Notes under the pieces: generated by a model
What the model was told of the DNA's origin: nothing
The model's input: the letters and a program-made list of their open reading frames with translations, nothing else
Database searches by the model: none
From: Eledone cirrhosa
Taxonomy: Eukaryota
Assembly: GCA_964016885.1 (NCBI GenBank)
Contig: OZ024742.1
Location: 19,468,001-19,532,000 of the forward strand
DNA length: 64,000 nucleotides
Direction: 5' to 3'
In this document: in pieces, positions 1 through 11,922 of the stretch
How the letters are laid out: each line of letters begins with the position of its first letter
How positions within the stretch are numbered: the stretch's first letter is position 1
Made by a program: the position numbers and the translations under genes

Positions 1-213
1 TGAGTAGAGGGGTGGTCCTGGGGCCAAGGACACCAGAAGTCTCCACTGCTACAGGTAGCCAACTCTGTACCGATGGTAGTGAGTAGGGAGGCGGTCCTGG
101 GGCCAAGGACACCAGAAGTCTCCACTGCTACAGGTAGCCAACTCCGTACCGATGGTAGTGAGTAGGGAGGCGGTCCTAGGGCCAAGGACACCAGAAGTCT
201 CCACTGCTACAGG
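1..213. repeat. 79-bp tandem repeat (about 2.7 copies visible, runs off the window start)
   Basis: Unit tgagtagggaggcggtcctggggccaaggacaccagaagtctccactgctacaggtagccaactccgtaccgatggtag recurs at 1, 80 and 159. Confidence 0.9.
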
Positions 214-275
214 CTTGATCACAAACCAGTCGAAGAGCGACCGATATTTGGAGGGTTTACCCTCCTCTGCCCAAA
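135..275 (-). mobile_element. Remnant resembling the C-terminal restriction-like endonuclease region of a CRE-type non-LTR retrotransposon
   Basis: Minus strand reads AEEGKPSKYRSLFDWFVIKPVAVETSGVLGPRTASLLTTIGTELA, matching the AExxKxxKY...PxAxETxGxxG pattern from memory. Confidence 0.5.
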
Positions 276-833
276 GTTCATCAGGACCTGGAATAAATAA
301 TAAACAGGAAGAACAGATAAAAGAGGAAGGGGGTTTAAATCAAATATTGAATAAACGGGCAAGGGGAACGAGTGTGGTTCTCCGACAATTTTCCTTTCAT
401 GAACTCACGTCTAAACTTGTAACTTGCCAGGAGACGGTAGTATTAACAATTAGATAACTAAACTGTTGTTATCTCTAGTTATGGTGTCAGCAAGTTCTTC
501 TATATTTTATATATCTTCTATCCTTTTTCTTGCCAAACTAAACATTACCCGAAAGATGAGAGGAAACATTGATTTCTGTGATAGACACCAGTTGGAAATA
601 GCAGAGACCTCTTTATTTTACTATTTACATCTATGGTCTGTTGACTATCAGAACCTCTCTCCTCTCTCAATATATATATATATATAATCTTTCTCTCACT
701 CTCTCTCTCTATCTTCCTGTTCCTCCCTCTCCTTCTCGCTCTCTATTTTCCTCTGTCTCTCTCTCTCTCTCTCACTCTCTCACTCACCCTCTATCTCTCT
801 CTCTCTCCTTTTGTCTCTCTTTCCTCTCTCTCA

Positions 834-865
<32 letters not shown>

Positions 866-1534
866 CCTCTCACCCCTCTCTATCTTCTTGTTCCTCCCTC
901 TCCTTCTGTCTCTGTTTACCTTTTACATACACATATATATATATATAAGAGAGGGAGAGAAGATAAAAAAGGATTTTTTTCTTTCCCTGTCTCCCTCCCC
1001 TCTCACTTCCTCTTTATCTTGTCCCTCCTTCTCTCTCGCTGTCACTCACCCCCCCCCCTCTCTCTCTCTCATATGTTAACCCAGGCTTTCTTTCTGTTCT
1101 TTGTATGTCGCAGAAACTATACAATAATTAGTAGACAACCATATTTAAGCAGTCAGGAATATCGGTTGTGTTAACAGACGGCTTTAATAACATATGAAGC
1201 ATTCAATACAGGTGTATTAATATCAACGGATATTCAGAATAGAATAAACCTTTACCTATCTATAACTCAAATATTTTAATAGTAGTGGTGGTGGTGGTGG
1301 TAGTGGTGGTGGTGGTAGTATAAAGATAACACAAAATTCCGGTTGTGATTGGAATGGTCCTCCGTTGGTTTCGTCGAGGAATGTTCAGGTTAGTCGATTA
1401 ATGACACAGCCTTTTAATGAAATTAACGTGTATCTTGTTGAACATTCAACAGACGCGTGTACTCGCAATAATATACTCAGGGAGATTCGGTGTGAGACTG
1501 TGTGAAAAGACAGGCCATTTGAATTAGACGTACA

Positions 1535-1710
1535 GTCCTTCCTACGGGCTTCTGAAATGTTTCTGTCTACTTAAGTTCACTAACAGGTCATGGGACGACG
1601 ACACGAGACTATAAATGAGACTTTCCCCAAGATACCTCGCCATGGGATCGAACTCGGAACCTAATGATTGCGGAGCGAACTGCTTAAACATTCCACACTT
1701 TTGCCTCCAC
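1535..1710 (-). mobile_element. Degenerate tRNA-derived SINE (related copy near 37010-37252)
   Basis: Reverse B-box-like gggatcgaactcggaacc followed by tRNA-like head; similar body and head near 37130-37250. Confidence 0.5.
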
Positions 1711-2343
1711 AACGTTTAGGATTGCAATTAAGATATATTTTCCATCCTCTACCACTCCTTGCTTCATCCTTTATTACCTCTACCACTGCTTGCTTCATCC
1801 TTTATTACCTCTACCACTGCTTACCACACTCTTTATGACCTCACCCATTCTTTACCTCATTCATTAAGTCTTCCGTCATTCCTATAAGACTTCTACCAAC
1901 TCAGTCTTTTAAAGCTTCTACTAATTTTTGTCCCAGTCTTTAAGGATTCAACCTGATTATTTACTGCTTTTGCAAATAAAAGGATGGCGATGGTCATCTA
2001 GAAACACATAGGGTAATGAGGCTGGTTGCTTGCAAACAGATCGAATATTATTATTATTTGATATAAAACTCACGAATGCATTTACGTATCCGCTATGTTA
2101 GAGCGAAAAACCAAATTCTAATTTTATTTTTAAATATTATTCTTTTGAGGTATGTAGTAGAAGACTTCGCATCTGAAAAGAGAGTAACAGCCCTGAAATA
2201 TCATGTTAAAATATACTGGGTAAAGCATTACTTTGTTTTGTTTTATTTGTCATCATGTACCCTTCGTATTTTCTACCGCATTGTACCTGCTTTAAAAAAA
2301 TGATTTGGCCTTTTATTATTATGTTGTTTACTTTTGTTTTTAG

Positions 2344-2446
2344 AACTGTCTAACGCCAGAGCCGGATTACCGAAAGGAGCAATGTGAGAAGTTTAATAGG
2401 CGAACATTTGCTGGGAAAAGCTACGTCTGGAAGTCTTTTATTGACC
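2344..2446 (+). CDS. Internal exon of an ADAMTS/ADAMTS-like protein (start of Cys-rich region after TSP1 repeat)
   Basis: Acceptor ttttgtttttag, donor gtaagt; translates NCLTPEPDYRKEQCEKFNRRTFAGKSYVWKSFID plus 1 nt, matching the C...D(F/Y)RxxQCxxFN...W motif; phase joins the 9108 exon (C+CT = Pro). Confidence 0.88.
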
Positions 2447-3777
2447 GTAAGTATTCTGGAATGTTAGCAGAAGCTGGTGAGATCTAAGAAACATATATTA
2501 CATGGTTAGAATACATAAGAGAACAGCCTACATAGAGATATATCTCATTCCAGGTACGGAGAATAACACACGAGGGTAAGGGTGATAGATCTGGTCTGGT
2601 GGTAGCTATTTAGAGAGATGAGGGGATGATTTAGCGCAGATTGACAATGACTGACTTTGTACCCGTAGTATAAAGGGGTTATATGACGTCACCAAAGCCG
2701 GTGACTTTAGAGAGAGTTTGAGTGCGATAGAATTTAAAATAGTAAAACAACTACGAATGGTAAGAGGATTTGAAACAAATGATTGAGAAGGCTGATAGGG
2801 TAGAGAGATATTTAAACATTAGTTGACAAATTAATAAAATAAAAAGCCCCTAAGTTCTGACGGAATCGTAAGGGTGCCATCAGGACACACGGCGTATATT
2901 GGGCATTTTAAACCTGGCAGAGTGTTTCCTCTCTTGATCGGAAGGCAGCCGCTTTCTTCCAGTGAGAGAGAGAGAGAGACTACATAAATGTCAAGTCGCC
3001 AACTGCTTAAAGTGGGATTTATCCAGTACTTTGTAAGAGAGGGACTATTTGACTATATGGCGACGATATGCTGAACAAAACAATGTGTTGGTATTTTATA
3101 CATACAAAATAACTTTCATAAAATACGCCTGGTATTTTGTTATACAAAACAAACTAAATATTCATATTCAGCTAGCTTTAATGGAATCTAAATAAATATT
3201 AAATTCTTTGCCTCTTTCTTAACGTGTTCAGTATTTCTGCTCTATTTCATCCAGACTCATTTTTATTGAATTTTTATTTCACGTCTGCCATATTACCTAT
3301 TATTAATAGTAGTAGAATGTTTTTTTAGTCACCAGTCACTTTACACTAAAAGCAGATAGTAAATGTTAAACTCGGTGCTTAGACCATTCATAAAAATGCA
3401 TGCATTTCAGTATGAGTTTGTGTGTGGTTTCTGTGAAGTTCATTGATCAAAATTTATGAATGGGAATATTTTTCAATGGAATATATTTGTATACTCAGTC
3501 TATTGCTTAACATAGAAAAATATCTGAAAAAAAAATATTTATGAGAAAAAAATTATATTATTTTCGGTCACAATTAATTGAGTGTAAATCTCTACAATGA
3601 CTTCTGACCTTCTAAACAACCAATTTCACCCTATACATACTCCTACCTATATCTCAGTCCTCAGTCTATCACTTTTGCACATTTCATAATCATTGCTAAC
3701 AATATCACCCAATACTCACACCTACTTACGTTTGTAGTCATTGGTTTATTGTAGAAGCTATAGCTAATATTTTACAA

Positions 3778-3990
3778 GGTGGTGGATTGACAGTATCGGT
3801 AGAACGTCGGACGACATGCTTTGTGGCATATAGTTATTTCCCTTTCTGTTCTGAGCTCAAATCCCCCTGGGGTCGATAAAATAAAGTACCACAAATATTT
3901 GGGCGGTGAATTGGCAGTATTGGTAGAGCATCAGACATCATTCTTTGCGGCATATAATCACTGGTCTTTACGTTCTAGGTTCCAATCATT
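3778..3990 (+). mobile_element. Two degenerate copies of SINE family A (tRNA head, Deu/Nin-like core)
   Basis: ggtggattgacagtatcggtaga head, B-box gagctcaaatcc, core ggggtcgataaaataaagtacc. Confidence 0.7.
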
Positions 3991-4140
3991 GAATTAAATA
4001 TACTGAGAGTCACTTAACTATAATCCTTAAGGTCCAGACTCTTTCAGGGGGTCACCTATTGATAACAATACATCATGATGATTCTTTTAATATTTCAGTT
4101 TTAAAAATAGCAAATTTCTAAATTGCTATTTTCTAAATTG

Positions 4141-4385
4141 CGTGAAAGCGCATGGCTTAGTGGTTAGAGGAATGGGCTTGCAATCGAAAGGTTTTGAGTT
4201 CAATTCTCGGACCGAGTGATGTGTTGTTTCCTTGAGCAAGACACTTTATTTCACGTTGCTCCAGTTTACTCAGCTGTAGAAATGAGATGATAGGACTGAG
4301 GTCCCTATCATTAAATCACCCAAGACACCTCCAACGAGATATACCTTGGAGGAGGCAGCTAAACCTGCATAGGTATGAGCTGTAA
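4141..4385 (+). mobile_element. SINE family B (tRNA head, CORE-like body)
   Basis: A-box tggcttagtggttag, B-box gagttcaattc, ccttgagcaagacactttatttcacgttgctccagt; close inverted copy at 8272-8511. Confidence 0.8.
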
Positions 4386-4842
4386 CAACAACGAAAACAA
4401 CAATTTGCTAAGCATTTAATAAAATTAACATTTCATAATTTTCTCAGGGAAATATTTTTCAGTTTTTGTTTACAATAAGTGTTGTGTTGTGGCCCTTATG
4501 CCTATGAATAACTGTATAACATATACATGAATATTTAAATGTAATAAAATATTTCAAAAGTAAAAGAATTTATCGACATGAATCAAAGGTTGGGAACTGC
4601 TTATGTAGTCCCGAGGAATGAAAGAGTTCTTTGAAATGTCTGCTTCAACATGTATGTATGGACACTTGTTGGAATCGTAGAGGTGCCGTCATGACATACG
4701 GCGTTTGGTGGGCAATGTTAACATCTGGTGAAGCCCATCTCCTCCCCAGGTCTCAGTACAGTCGGTTTCTCCCAGAGAAGGAAAGACAGAGAGTGATAGA
4801 GAGGAGGTGAGAAAGATATATAGAAGAAGAATTAACCTCATT

Positions 4843-5050
4843 AGATTGACAGTATCGGTAGAGGGACGGAGGTCATACTTTGCAGCAGAGAATTATGGTC
4901 CTTTACGGTCTGAGTTCAAATCCCGCCGAGGTTAACTTTGCCTTTCATCCTTACGGGGTAGGTAAAATTAAGTACCAGTCATGCACTGGGTCGATTTCAT
5001 CGACTTTCCCCTCTCTCTAAATTGTTGGCTTTGTGCCTATAGTAAAAACC
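4843..5050 (+). mobile_element. SINE family A
   Basis: ctgagttcaaatcccgccgaggttaactttgcctttcatccttacgggg core shared with more than ten copies in the window. Confidence 0.85.
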
Positions 5051-5338
5051 ATTATCAATTCACCATCAACCTATTATATTGAAGTTTAATGTAACCATTT
5101 GGGTCATTGGAACGCCAATGAAGTTTTCATTTTACTCTAGACGTTCGACGTAGATACGCAAGTATAATTTTCTTTACTCAACTCCGTATTTGTGAGAGAA
5201 ATTAATAGGATGAGGCGAAGTTAATGAGAACTTGTCAATTATATAGAGCCCCCTGCTATTTACAAGTCATCTGTACTTTTACATTCATTAGATTCATATC
5301 TAGGAAGGCAACAATATTAGAGTCCATCTTTCTACAGC

Positions 5339-5373
<35 letters not shown>

Positions 5374-5554
5374 TATATACATACATTAAGACCTTTCTTA
5401 CTATATTAAACGTGAAAATAACATATATCTTCATTGAACCTCATCGTCGTTTTTTCAGTATACATTTCTCACACACACACACCTATATATATATATATAT
5501 ATATATACGAAAATAGTTAGGACCCCGACGGCTGAGCTCCAGCCGTTTCGATAG

Positions 5555-5586
<32 letters not shown>

Positions 5587-5590
<4 letters not shown>

Positions 5591-5788
5591 GTAGAACACT
5601 GGAAGGTAATATCCGTAGTGGTAGAGCACTCAGTCCATGGGACGAGTTAGGTGGAAGTGGTTACACAACAGTTAGTTCACCATACCTAGAACAATTGTTT
5701 CACCTTAGCGGATCTTCATTACGAGCTGAGGATCCGCTAGTGTGAAACAATTGTTCTCAGTATGGTGAACTAACTGTTGTGTAACCAC

Positions 5789-5791
<3 letters not shown>
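5587..5791. mobile_element. Penelope-like terminal fragment with fold-back (inverted arms 5654-5718 / 5727-5791) between TA arrays
   Basis: About 65-bp inverted arms containing a hammerhead core; bounded by (TA)n on both sides. Confidence 0.65.
5723..5758 (+). ncRNA. Minimal type I hammerhead ribozyme motif
   Basis: GAG-CTGAGGA-(stem II)-GAAAC-AATT-GTT-CTC: core boxes, palindromic stem III and 3-bp stem I. Confidence 0.6.
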
Positions 5792-5824
<33 letters not shown>

Positions 5825-6381
5825 ATATATATATATGCAGATGTTTCTACATTCGACTCAGCTGGGGAAAGTGAGTTGTACCTATAATTCACACAGTGTT
5901 CCACGCCGAATTCTGTGTCAAGGGTACACGTGTCTGTGGATTGCGCGTTAATTTCACGAACAGACTTCCTTTGATCAGATAATTTCAATACTCGCTGACG
6001 AAAACGACGGAAGTTCAACACGACACACAAATCTATCCATCCATAAATACATAGACACACACACGCACATACACACACATATATTCTTACACTCACACAC
6101 ACAAACGCATCCGTTGGTTTCAGTGCAATTAATGCAGATGTAAAATGTGTTCAGTACTTTATGTGATATTGTGATTCAAAGGTGAAGCCGTGAAGACAAG
6201 GGGCAGAAGATGACTAGCTACCGGGCATTGGCTGGGATCGCTGTATATATATTATATATATATGTGTGTGTGTGTGTATAAACAAGGACACCCTATATAT
6301 ATATATATATATATATATAGGGTGTCCTTGTTTAAGTATGCATACATTTCTTTTGGGGGGAGGAATCCTGTGTATATACAT

Positions 6382-6477
<96 letters not shown>

Positions 6478-7232
6478 GGCGTGGAACACTGTGTGAATTA
6501 TAGGTACAACTCACTTTCCCCAGCTGAGTCGAATGTAGAAACTCAACACGCCTCTGGGAATCGAACGCAATACCTTACGTTTGAGAGCAAATACCCCCAG
6601 TGTCATATTTGCTATTTATTCTGCTGGGGTCACTAAACTTGTTTATTTAGGTCTCAGTCAATCACCTGAAACTCTTTGTCTTTGTTTTCGTCTCACTCAA
6701 CACAACAGGAAATTTGATTCAAACTGAAATTATTTAAACCTCCAGTTTTATTAGTTTGCTGCGTAAGAATACATAAACGGGAAATAAACAGCAACCAATA
6801 TAAACGACTCGAGACTGAGTTTGGCTTTCATTTACTTATTTATTTAATCTAAAATTACAAGTTACGAGTAATTCATAACTGGTGTGATTATTGTGAAAAC
6901 TGCGTCGTTAGTTGAAGCTGTTTAGATGTGACGTTTTAATTAAACTTATGGCTTCATATTATGTGTACAAATATCTGAAGTTCACCAAGAAAATTATACG
7001 CCGTCAAATTGGAAGGGAACATTTTTGACATTCAGTAACGTTTCAATGTATGTCATTATTATTAACAGAGTCAATATATCTCTATATTGGTGCTAAACTA
7101 GGTGGTCACAATAGCATATTTGACAGTTGGATTGGTTCCTGAGCAGCTTTTGTATAACTAAAATTAATATTGCGTAAGTAGAACATATATGTGCGTGTGT
7201 GTGTGATGAATTGGCGCCAATATTAAATACTG

Positions 7233-7535
7233 GTCGGTGGTTTGGCAGTATCAGTAGAGCGTCAGACGCCATGCTTTGCAGCATAGTTATGGCCCTTTGC
7301 GTTCTGAGTTCAAATCCGCCGAGGTTAACTTTGCCTTTCATCCTTACGAGGTCGATAAAATAAAGTACCAGTGATGCACTGGGGAAATCGCTGGCCTTGT
7401 GCCAAAAGTAGAAACTCTATTGCCTTTCATCCTTATGGGGCCGATAAAATAAAGTACCAGTCACGCAGTCGGGTCGATTTAATCGACTTTTCCGTCCCCC
7501 AAATTGCTGGCCTTGTGCCTAAATAAGAAACCAAT
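7233..7535 (+). mobile_element. SINE family A, full copy plus duplicated 3' half
   Basis: Same head and core; tail ggccttgtgccaaaagtagaaac. Confidence 0.85.
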
Positions 7536-8271
7536 ATTAAATACTGGTCGGTGACATTCGACTTAGTTTCTTGGGTGTTGGTTGACTTGGTCTGTCGTCT
7601 GGTTTAACACCACATCCTAACTCTAGGGTACCTTTAGCGCAGTTCACAACATGCAAACGTTTGGGTTAGTTCGGTATGATCAATAAATTAAACCGAGACA
7701 TGGACCGAATATCGTCCCTTGTAGATATTAGAAACCTCAGCTTTCTTGTCTTCTCAAAACTATTATTGTGGGTGTGGCACATCTTCTTCGTTGTTTCCTT
7801 TTTCTTTTTCTTTTTTCTTCTTTTTCTTCTTCCCTTTTTTCTTTTTCTTCTTTTTCTTTTTCTCTTTCTTTTTTTCCTTCTGTTTTTCTTCTTTTTTTCT
7901 CTAAAAACCATAATAGTGACATGTTATTACTCAGTAAAATCACATAGCATATATTTTCATCGTTTAGTCAGGGGAAGCGACTGTGTGCATGTCTCTTCCC
8001 AGGGGCCTCCAAAACTGGTGAGAGGGAGGAAGATATCTTCAGACTGGGGACCTGCAATAGAATGGAAGCCACGAAGGGCACATAAGGACCAAGTTAAGGT
8101 TTTAAACTATTAAATATTCTAAATATAATTTTATTAGAACGAAATATCCAGTCTATTATTCCTGCTGTCGTTGTGTACAGTGTACTTTAGAATGTATTTG
8201 GTGACAAGTTGGAGAGACGGTGACTGGAAGTTTGGTTCCTTTGTGTTCGGACCTGGTGTGTATGTTGTTTT

Positions 8272-8511
8272 TGTTACAGCTCACACCTATGCAGGTTTAG
8301 CTGGCCTCCTCCAAGGTATATCTCATTGGAGGTGTCTTGGGTAATTTAATGATAGGGACCCAGTCCTATCATCTCATTTCTATAGCTGAGTAAACTGGAG
8401 CAACTTGAAATAAAGTGTCTTGCTCAAGGAAACAACACATCACCCGCTCCAAATTGAACTCACAACCTTTCGATTACAAGCCCAATGCTCTAACCACTAA
8501 GCCATGCGCCT
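8272..8511 (-). mobile_element. SINE family B
   Basis: Reverse complement of 4141-4385 along its whole length. Confidence 0.8.
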
Positions 8512-9107
8512 ACACTGGGGTGTATGGATATGAAATAAATACAACTTTGTTTCTATCTCATCCCTCGTCCTTTCCTATTCTACTGCATATAAACAGTACA
8601 TATAGTAAAGAAATATTCTCAATACGCTATTGAATGGGCAAGTAAGCCTAATGCTGAATCATATCAATCGTTACCTTTCTCTGGTGATGTCTAGAGGGGG
8701 GGGGGGGGAGCAAAGATTTGGATATTTGCTTAAATTCTTATAAGCGGTGGTTGGGAAATCGGTATTTGTTTAGTGTACATTTGTAAATATGGGATTTCTT
8801 GTAATGGTCTTTTTTGTCATATAATGTTGTTTTTTAACGTAAAATAAAATTATTAGATTTTCCAGCCGCCGTATTAATATGAACCACTTACAATAAAATT
8901 TCGCCAGAGATAGATTAACTACATTTACTAAGCAAGGGGGGGGGGGGATAAAGTTGGGGGCGAATTGGAAAAATCTGAGAAATTAATAAGTGGGGGAAGG
9001 GTGGATGATTACTCAAGACCTGAGATACGTTAAACAGAAACAAAAACGAATAATCTTTTTATGAATACTAAAGATTTTTACTTCTTTTTTGTTTAATTTC
9101 TTTATAG

Positions 9108-9238
9108 CTCGGGATAGGTGTACCATTTCCTGTCGACCAGTTGGGTTCAGTTTCTATGCCCGGGTTGTAAGTGGTGTACCAGATGGCAACACTTGTTTCC
9201 CTACAAATGACCATATTTGTGTCGATGGTCTCTGTAAG
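9108..9238 (+). CDS. Internal exon of an ADAMTS/ADAMTS-like protein (Cys-rich domain)
   Basis: Acceptor ttctttatag, donor AAG/gtaaga; translates (P)RDRCTISCRPVGFSFYARVVSGVPDGNTCFPTNDHICVDGLCK, the CxxxC..G..F...VxDGxxC...ICVxGxC motif. Confidence 0.9.
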
Positions 9239-9364
9239 GTAAGAACACATTTAATGTCAAAATATTACTTTATTACAATTACAATATCTGTTTTATGAAA
9301 CCTTTAACAGGAAGTTTGTTTTCTTTTATTTTGTTATGTTTTTTTATGATCAAAGATAAACAGA

Positions 9365-9720
9365 GTTTGGTGTGTTGACCTGTTGTTACAGAGGTCACTG
9401 TGTTGACCTGTTGTGACATAGAGGTCACTGTGTTGACCTGCTGTGACATAGAGGTCACTGTGTTGACCTGCTGTGACATAGAGGTCATTTTGTTGACATT
9501 TTGTGACATAGAGGTCACTGTGTTGGCTTCTGCTGTGACATAGAGGTTACTATTGATCTGTTATAATAAAGAAGTAACTGTATTGGCTTGTTGTAATAAA
9601 GACGTAGGTGTGTTTCAACTTCTGTTACAAAGATGTCAACATATTTGACTTTACTACATAGAGGTCAGTATGTTTAACTTGCTCTGACACAAGGTTCAGT
9701 GTTTGACCCATTATATTTAT
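9365..9720. repeat. 30-bp minisatellite, decaying rightwards
   Basis: gaggtcactgtgttgacctgctgtgacata at 30-bp period. Confidence 0.85.
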
Positions 9721-9789
9721 CTACTGAACTGGTTGATTCTCAGATATATCTAATCAGGTCAATGTGGGTCATCGCAGGGTTAAACCCCC

Positions 9790-9920
9790 AGTTATTACCG
9801 GTACTCATTTTCAGCTGAAATAAAGTGTTTTGCTCAAGAACACGATGCACAACCCAGCCCAGGAATCGAACCCACGACATTATAATTGTAAGTCCAACAC
9901 CCTTACCTCGAGGCCATGCA
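9790..9920 (-). mobile_element. SINE family B-like partial copy
   Basis: aaataaagtgttttgctcaagaacac and ggaatcgaaccc (reverse B-box). Confidence 0.65.
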
Positions 9921-10119
9921 ACATCACATACATTCAGTTTACCTATTTATTTATTTAATCAATTTAAACGTCCGTATAGAGCTAGTAAGCCATGACAGAC
10001 TAGGGGAAGTGTTGAGTACTCCTTACAGTTGGTAATCAAAAGAGCTAGTGAGACAAGTAATAAAAAAAAAGAAAAAGAAAAAGAGAAAAACAAAATATCA
10101 AAAATAAAATCTCAAATAT

Positions 10120-10293
10120 TTGTTTCTACTTTTGGCACAAGACCAGCAATTATCCCAGTGTATTACTGGTACTTTATTTTATCGACCCCGTAAGGATGAA
10201 AGGCAAAGTTAACCTCGGCAGGATTTGAACTTAGACCATAAAGGGCCATAACTCTTTGCTGCAAAGCATGACTACCGATACTGCCAATCCACC
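10120..10293 (-). mobile_element. SINE family A
   Basis: Reverse complement of family A core and tail. Confidence 0.85.
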
Positions 10294-11657
10294 ATGAGAG
10301 GCACATTATGGATAAGAAAAATAAAAAAAATAGGAAACAAGGGAAGCTCTAAAACAGCTAGAGGTTTCTGTTGTGGAATCTTTTTGTAACTTCCATGTAC
10401 TGAAAGATTTTATTTATATTTGGCAGACCTAGGTTCAAATGGATTAAATAACATCTTTATAGGCAATGATTACCTGTTGTTCTATCCAGGGGTGCATTTA
10501 TCTCTTCCTGTTAAATGTAATAAAGTAATTAATTAATCACGGATTATTGAGAATTCCAGTTAGAATGTCAGTAACTATTTCTTTACATATGTAATATCTT
10601 GACAGACATCAACATCCTGCTCTAGGTTCTCATAATCAAGGGTCGATTCATGCTAGAATTATTTCAATAAATATTGGCAAAATGCCTCCTTTTATACAAT
10701 CTGATAATTTTAACATTTTGGATCAGCAGCAAGGTGTGTCTTTAGATAACGATTTCTTTCTTGGTGGCTGTAATATTCTATTTTAAGATTCTTATCTTTC
10801 ATCTCATATGAAATAGCTGAGAGCTGTATTCTCTTTATAAATCTACCTGTAAGTATTCTGTTTATGTATACTTGTGTGTCACAGAGTAAATAATTTGAGG
10901 TTCAGTCTTTGGTAGTTGGTTGCTATCGCATCACTGCCATCTTTAGTATTTCCATATGTTTGGCATGGTTTCTAGTGCATGCAGTTCTACATACACTCCT
11001 GTCACATGTCTTATTTTACCTGGAGAAATATTGAGTATACAGTATACATTACTGTTTGATGTCATTTCTATATTCACTAGTTATAACTTCATTCCTATAT
11101 ATTTATATTTTATATATATTTTATATTATAATATATATTTAATAAGTATGTAAGCCAAATTATTGAACTTTTCACCACTGAAAAAAAAATATATATATAT
11201 ATCCTTATCGAACCCTCTTTGGATTTTACTCTTCACATTTATTATCATTACTATTATTATTATTATTACTATTACTGTATTGGGAAATGTGTGAGGTCCT
11301 TGGTACAGTTAGGTATATTTGAAAAAAAGGAAAATAATGACTTCACTTGTAGTGTTAAATAATTTGATTTAATTTTATAATATTATAATATTATGAGTTG
11401 GTACTCATAATATTATAATATTATAAAATTAAATCAAATTATTTAACACTACAAGTGAAGTCATTCTTTTCTTTTGTTTCAAATATATATATATATACAC
11501 ATATAAAGAATAGTGTGCTCAAAGACATAGATGCTATAAGATAGCTTATAGAATAGGGTGAAAATCTGGTTGCAACTTCTTTTTCCATCTTTTAAGGGTC
11601 TTCACACTATTTTATAAGGTATTTTATAGCATACATGTGCTTGAACACATCATCCTT

Positions 11658-11689
<32 letters not shown>

Positions 11690-11691
<2 letters not shown>

Positions 11692-11885
11692 ACAAAGAAA
11701 GTGTGATAAAAAAAACCAGGTGGACCATAACACACCAGAGTACTCAATACTATGAGTAGTAGAATGGGTAACAGGTAAAGAGTCAGACCCCGACGGCTGA
11801 GCTCTGGCCATTTCGACAGCTAGATCTGGTTTGAATCTAGCTGTCGAAACAGCCGAAGCTCAGCTGTTGGGATTCTGAATCTTTT

Positions 11886-11888
<3 letters not shown>
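11690..11888 (-). mobile_element. Short fold-back element (Penelope-like terminal family H) in TA array
   Basis: Shares ccaggtggaccataa..ccagagtactcaatac body and gacggctgagctc..tttcgacagctagatc inverted arms with copies at 29930, 35160, 36490, 46857 and 54401. Confidence 0.7.

Positions 11889-11922
<34 letters not shown>

Noticed and set aside
1114-1174. Possible upstream ADAMTS exon ending EYRLC
   Set aside because: An acceptor-like site is present but the frame stops right after Cys and there is no suitable donor.
4141-4225. tRNA gene
   Set aside because: A/B boxes continue into a multi-copy SINE body with no complete cloverleaf; the same applies to the other SINE heads.
7666-8113. Lys/Arg-rich and Phe/Leu-rich ORFs
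   Set aside because: Translation of a T/C-rich low-complexity tract.
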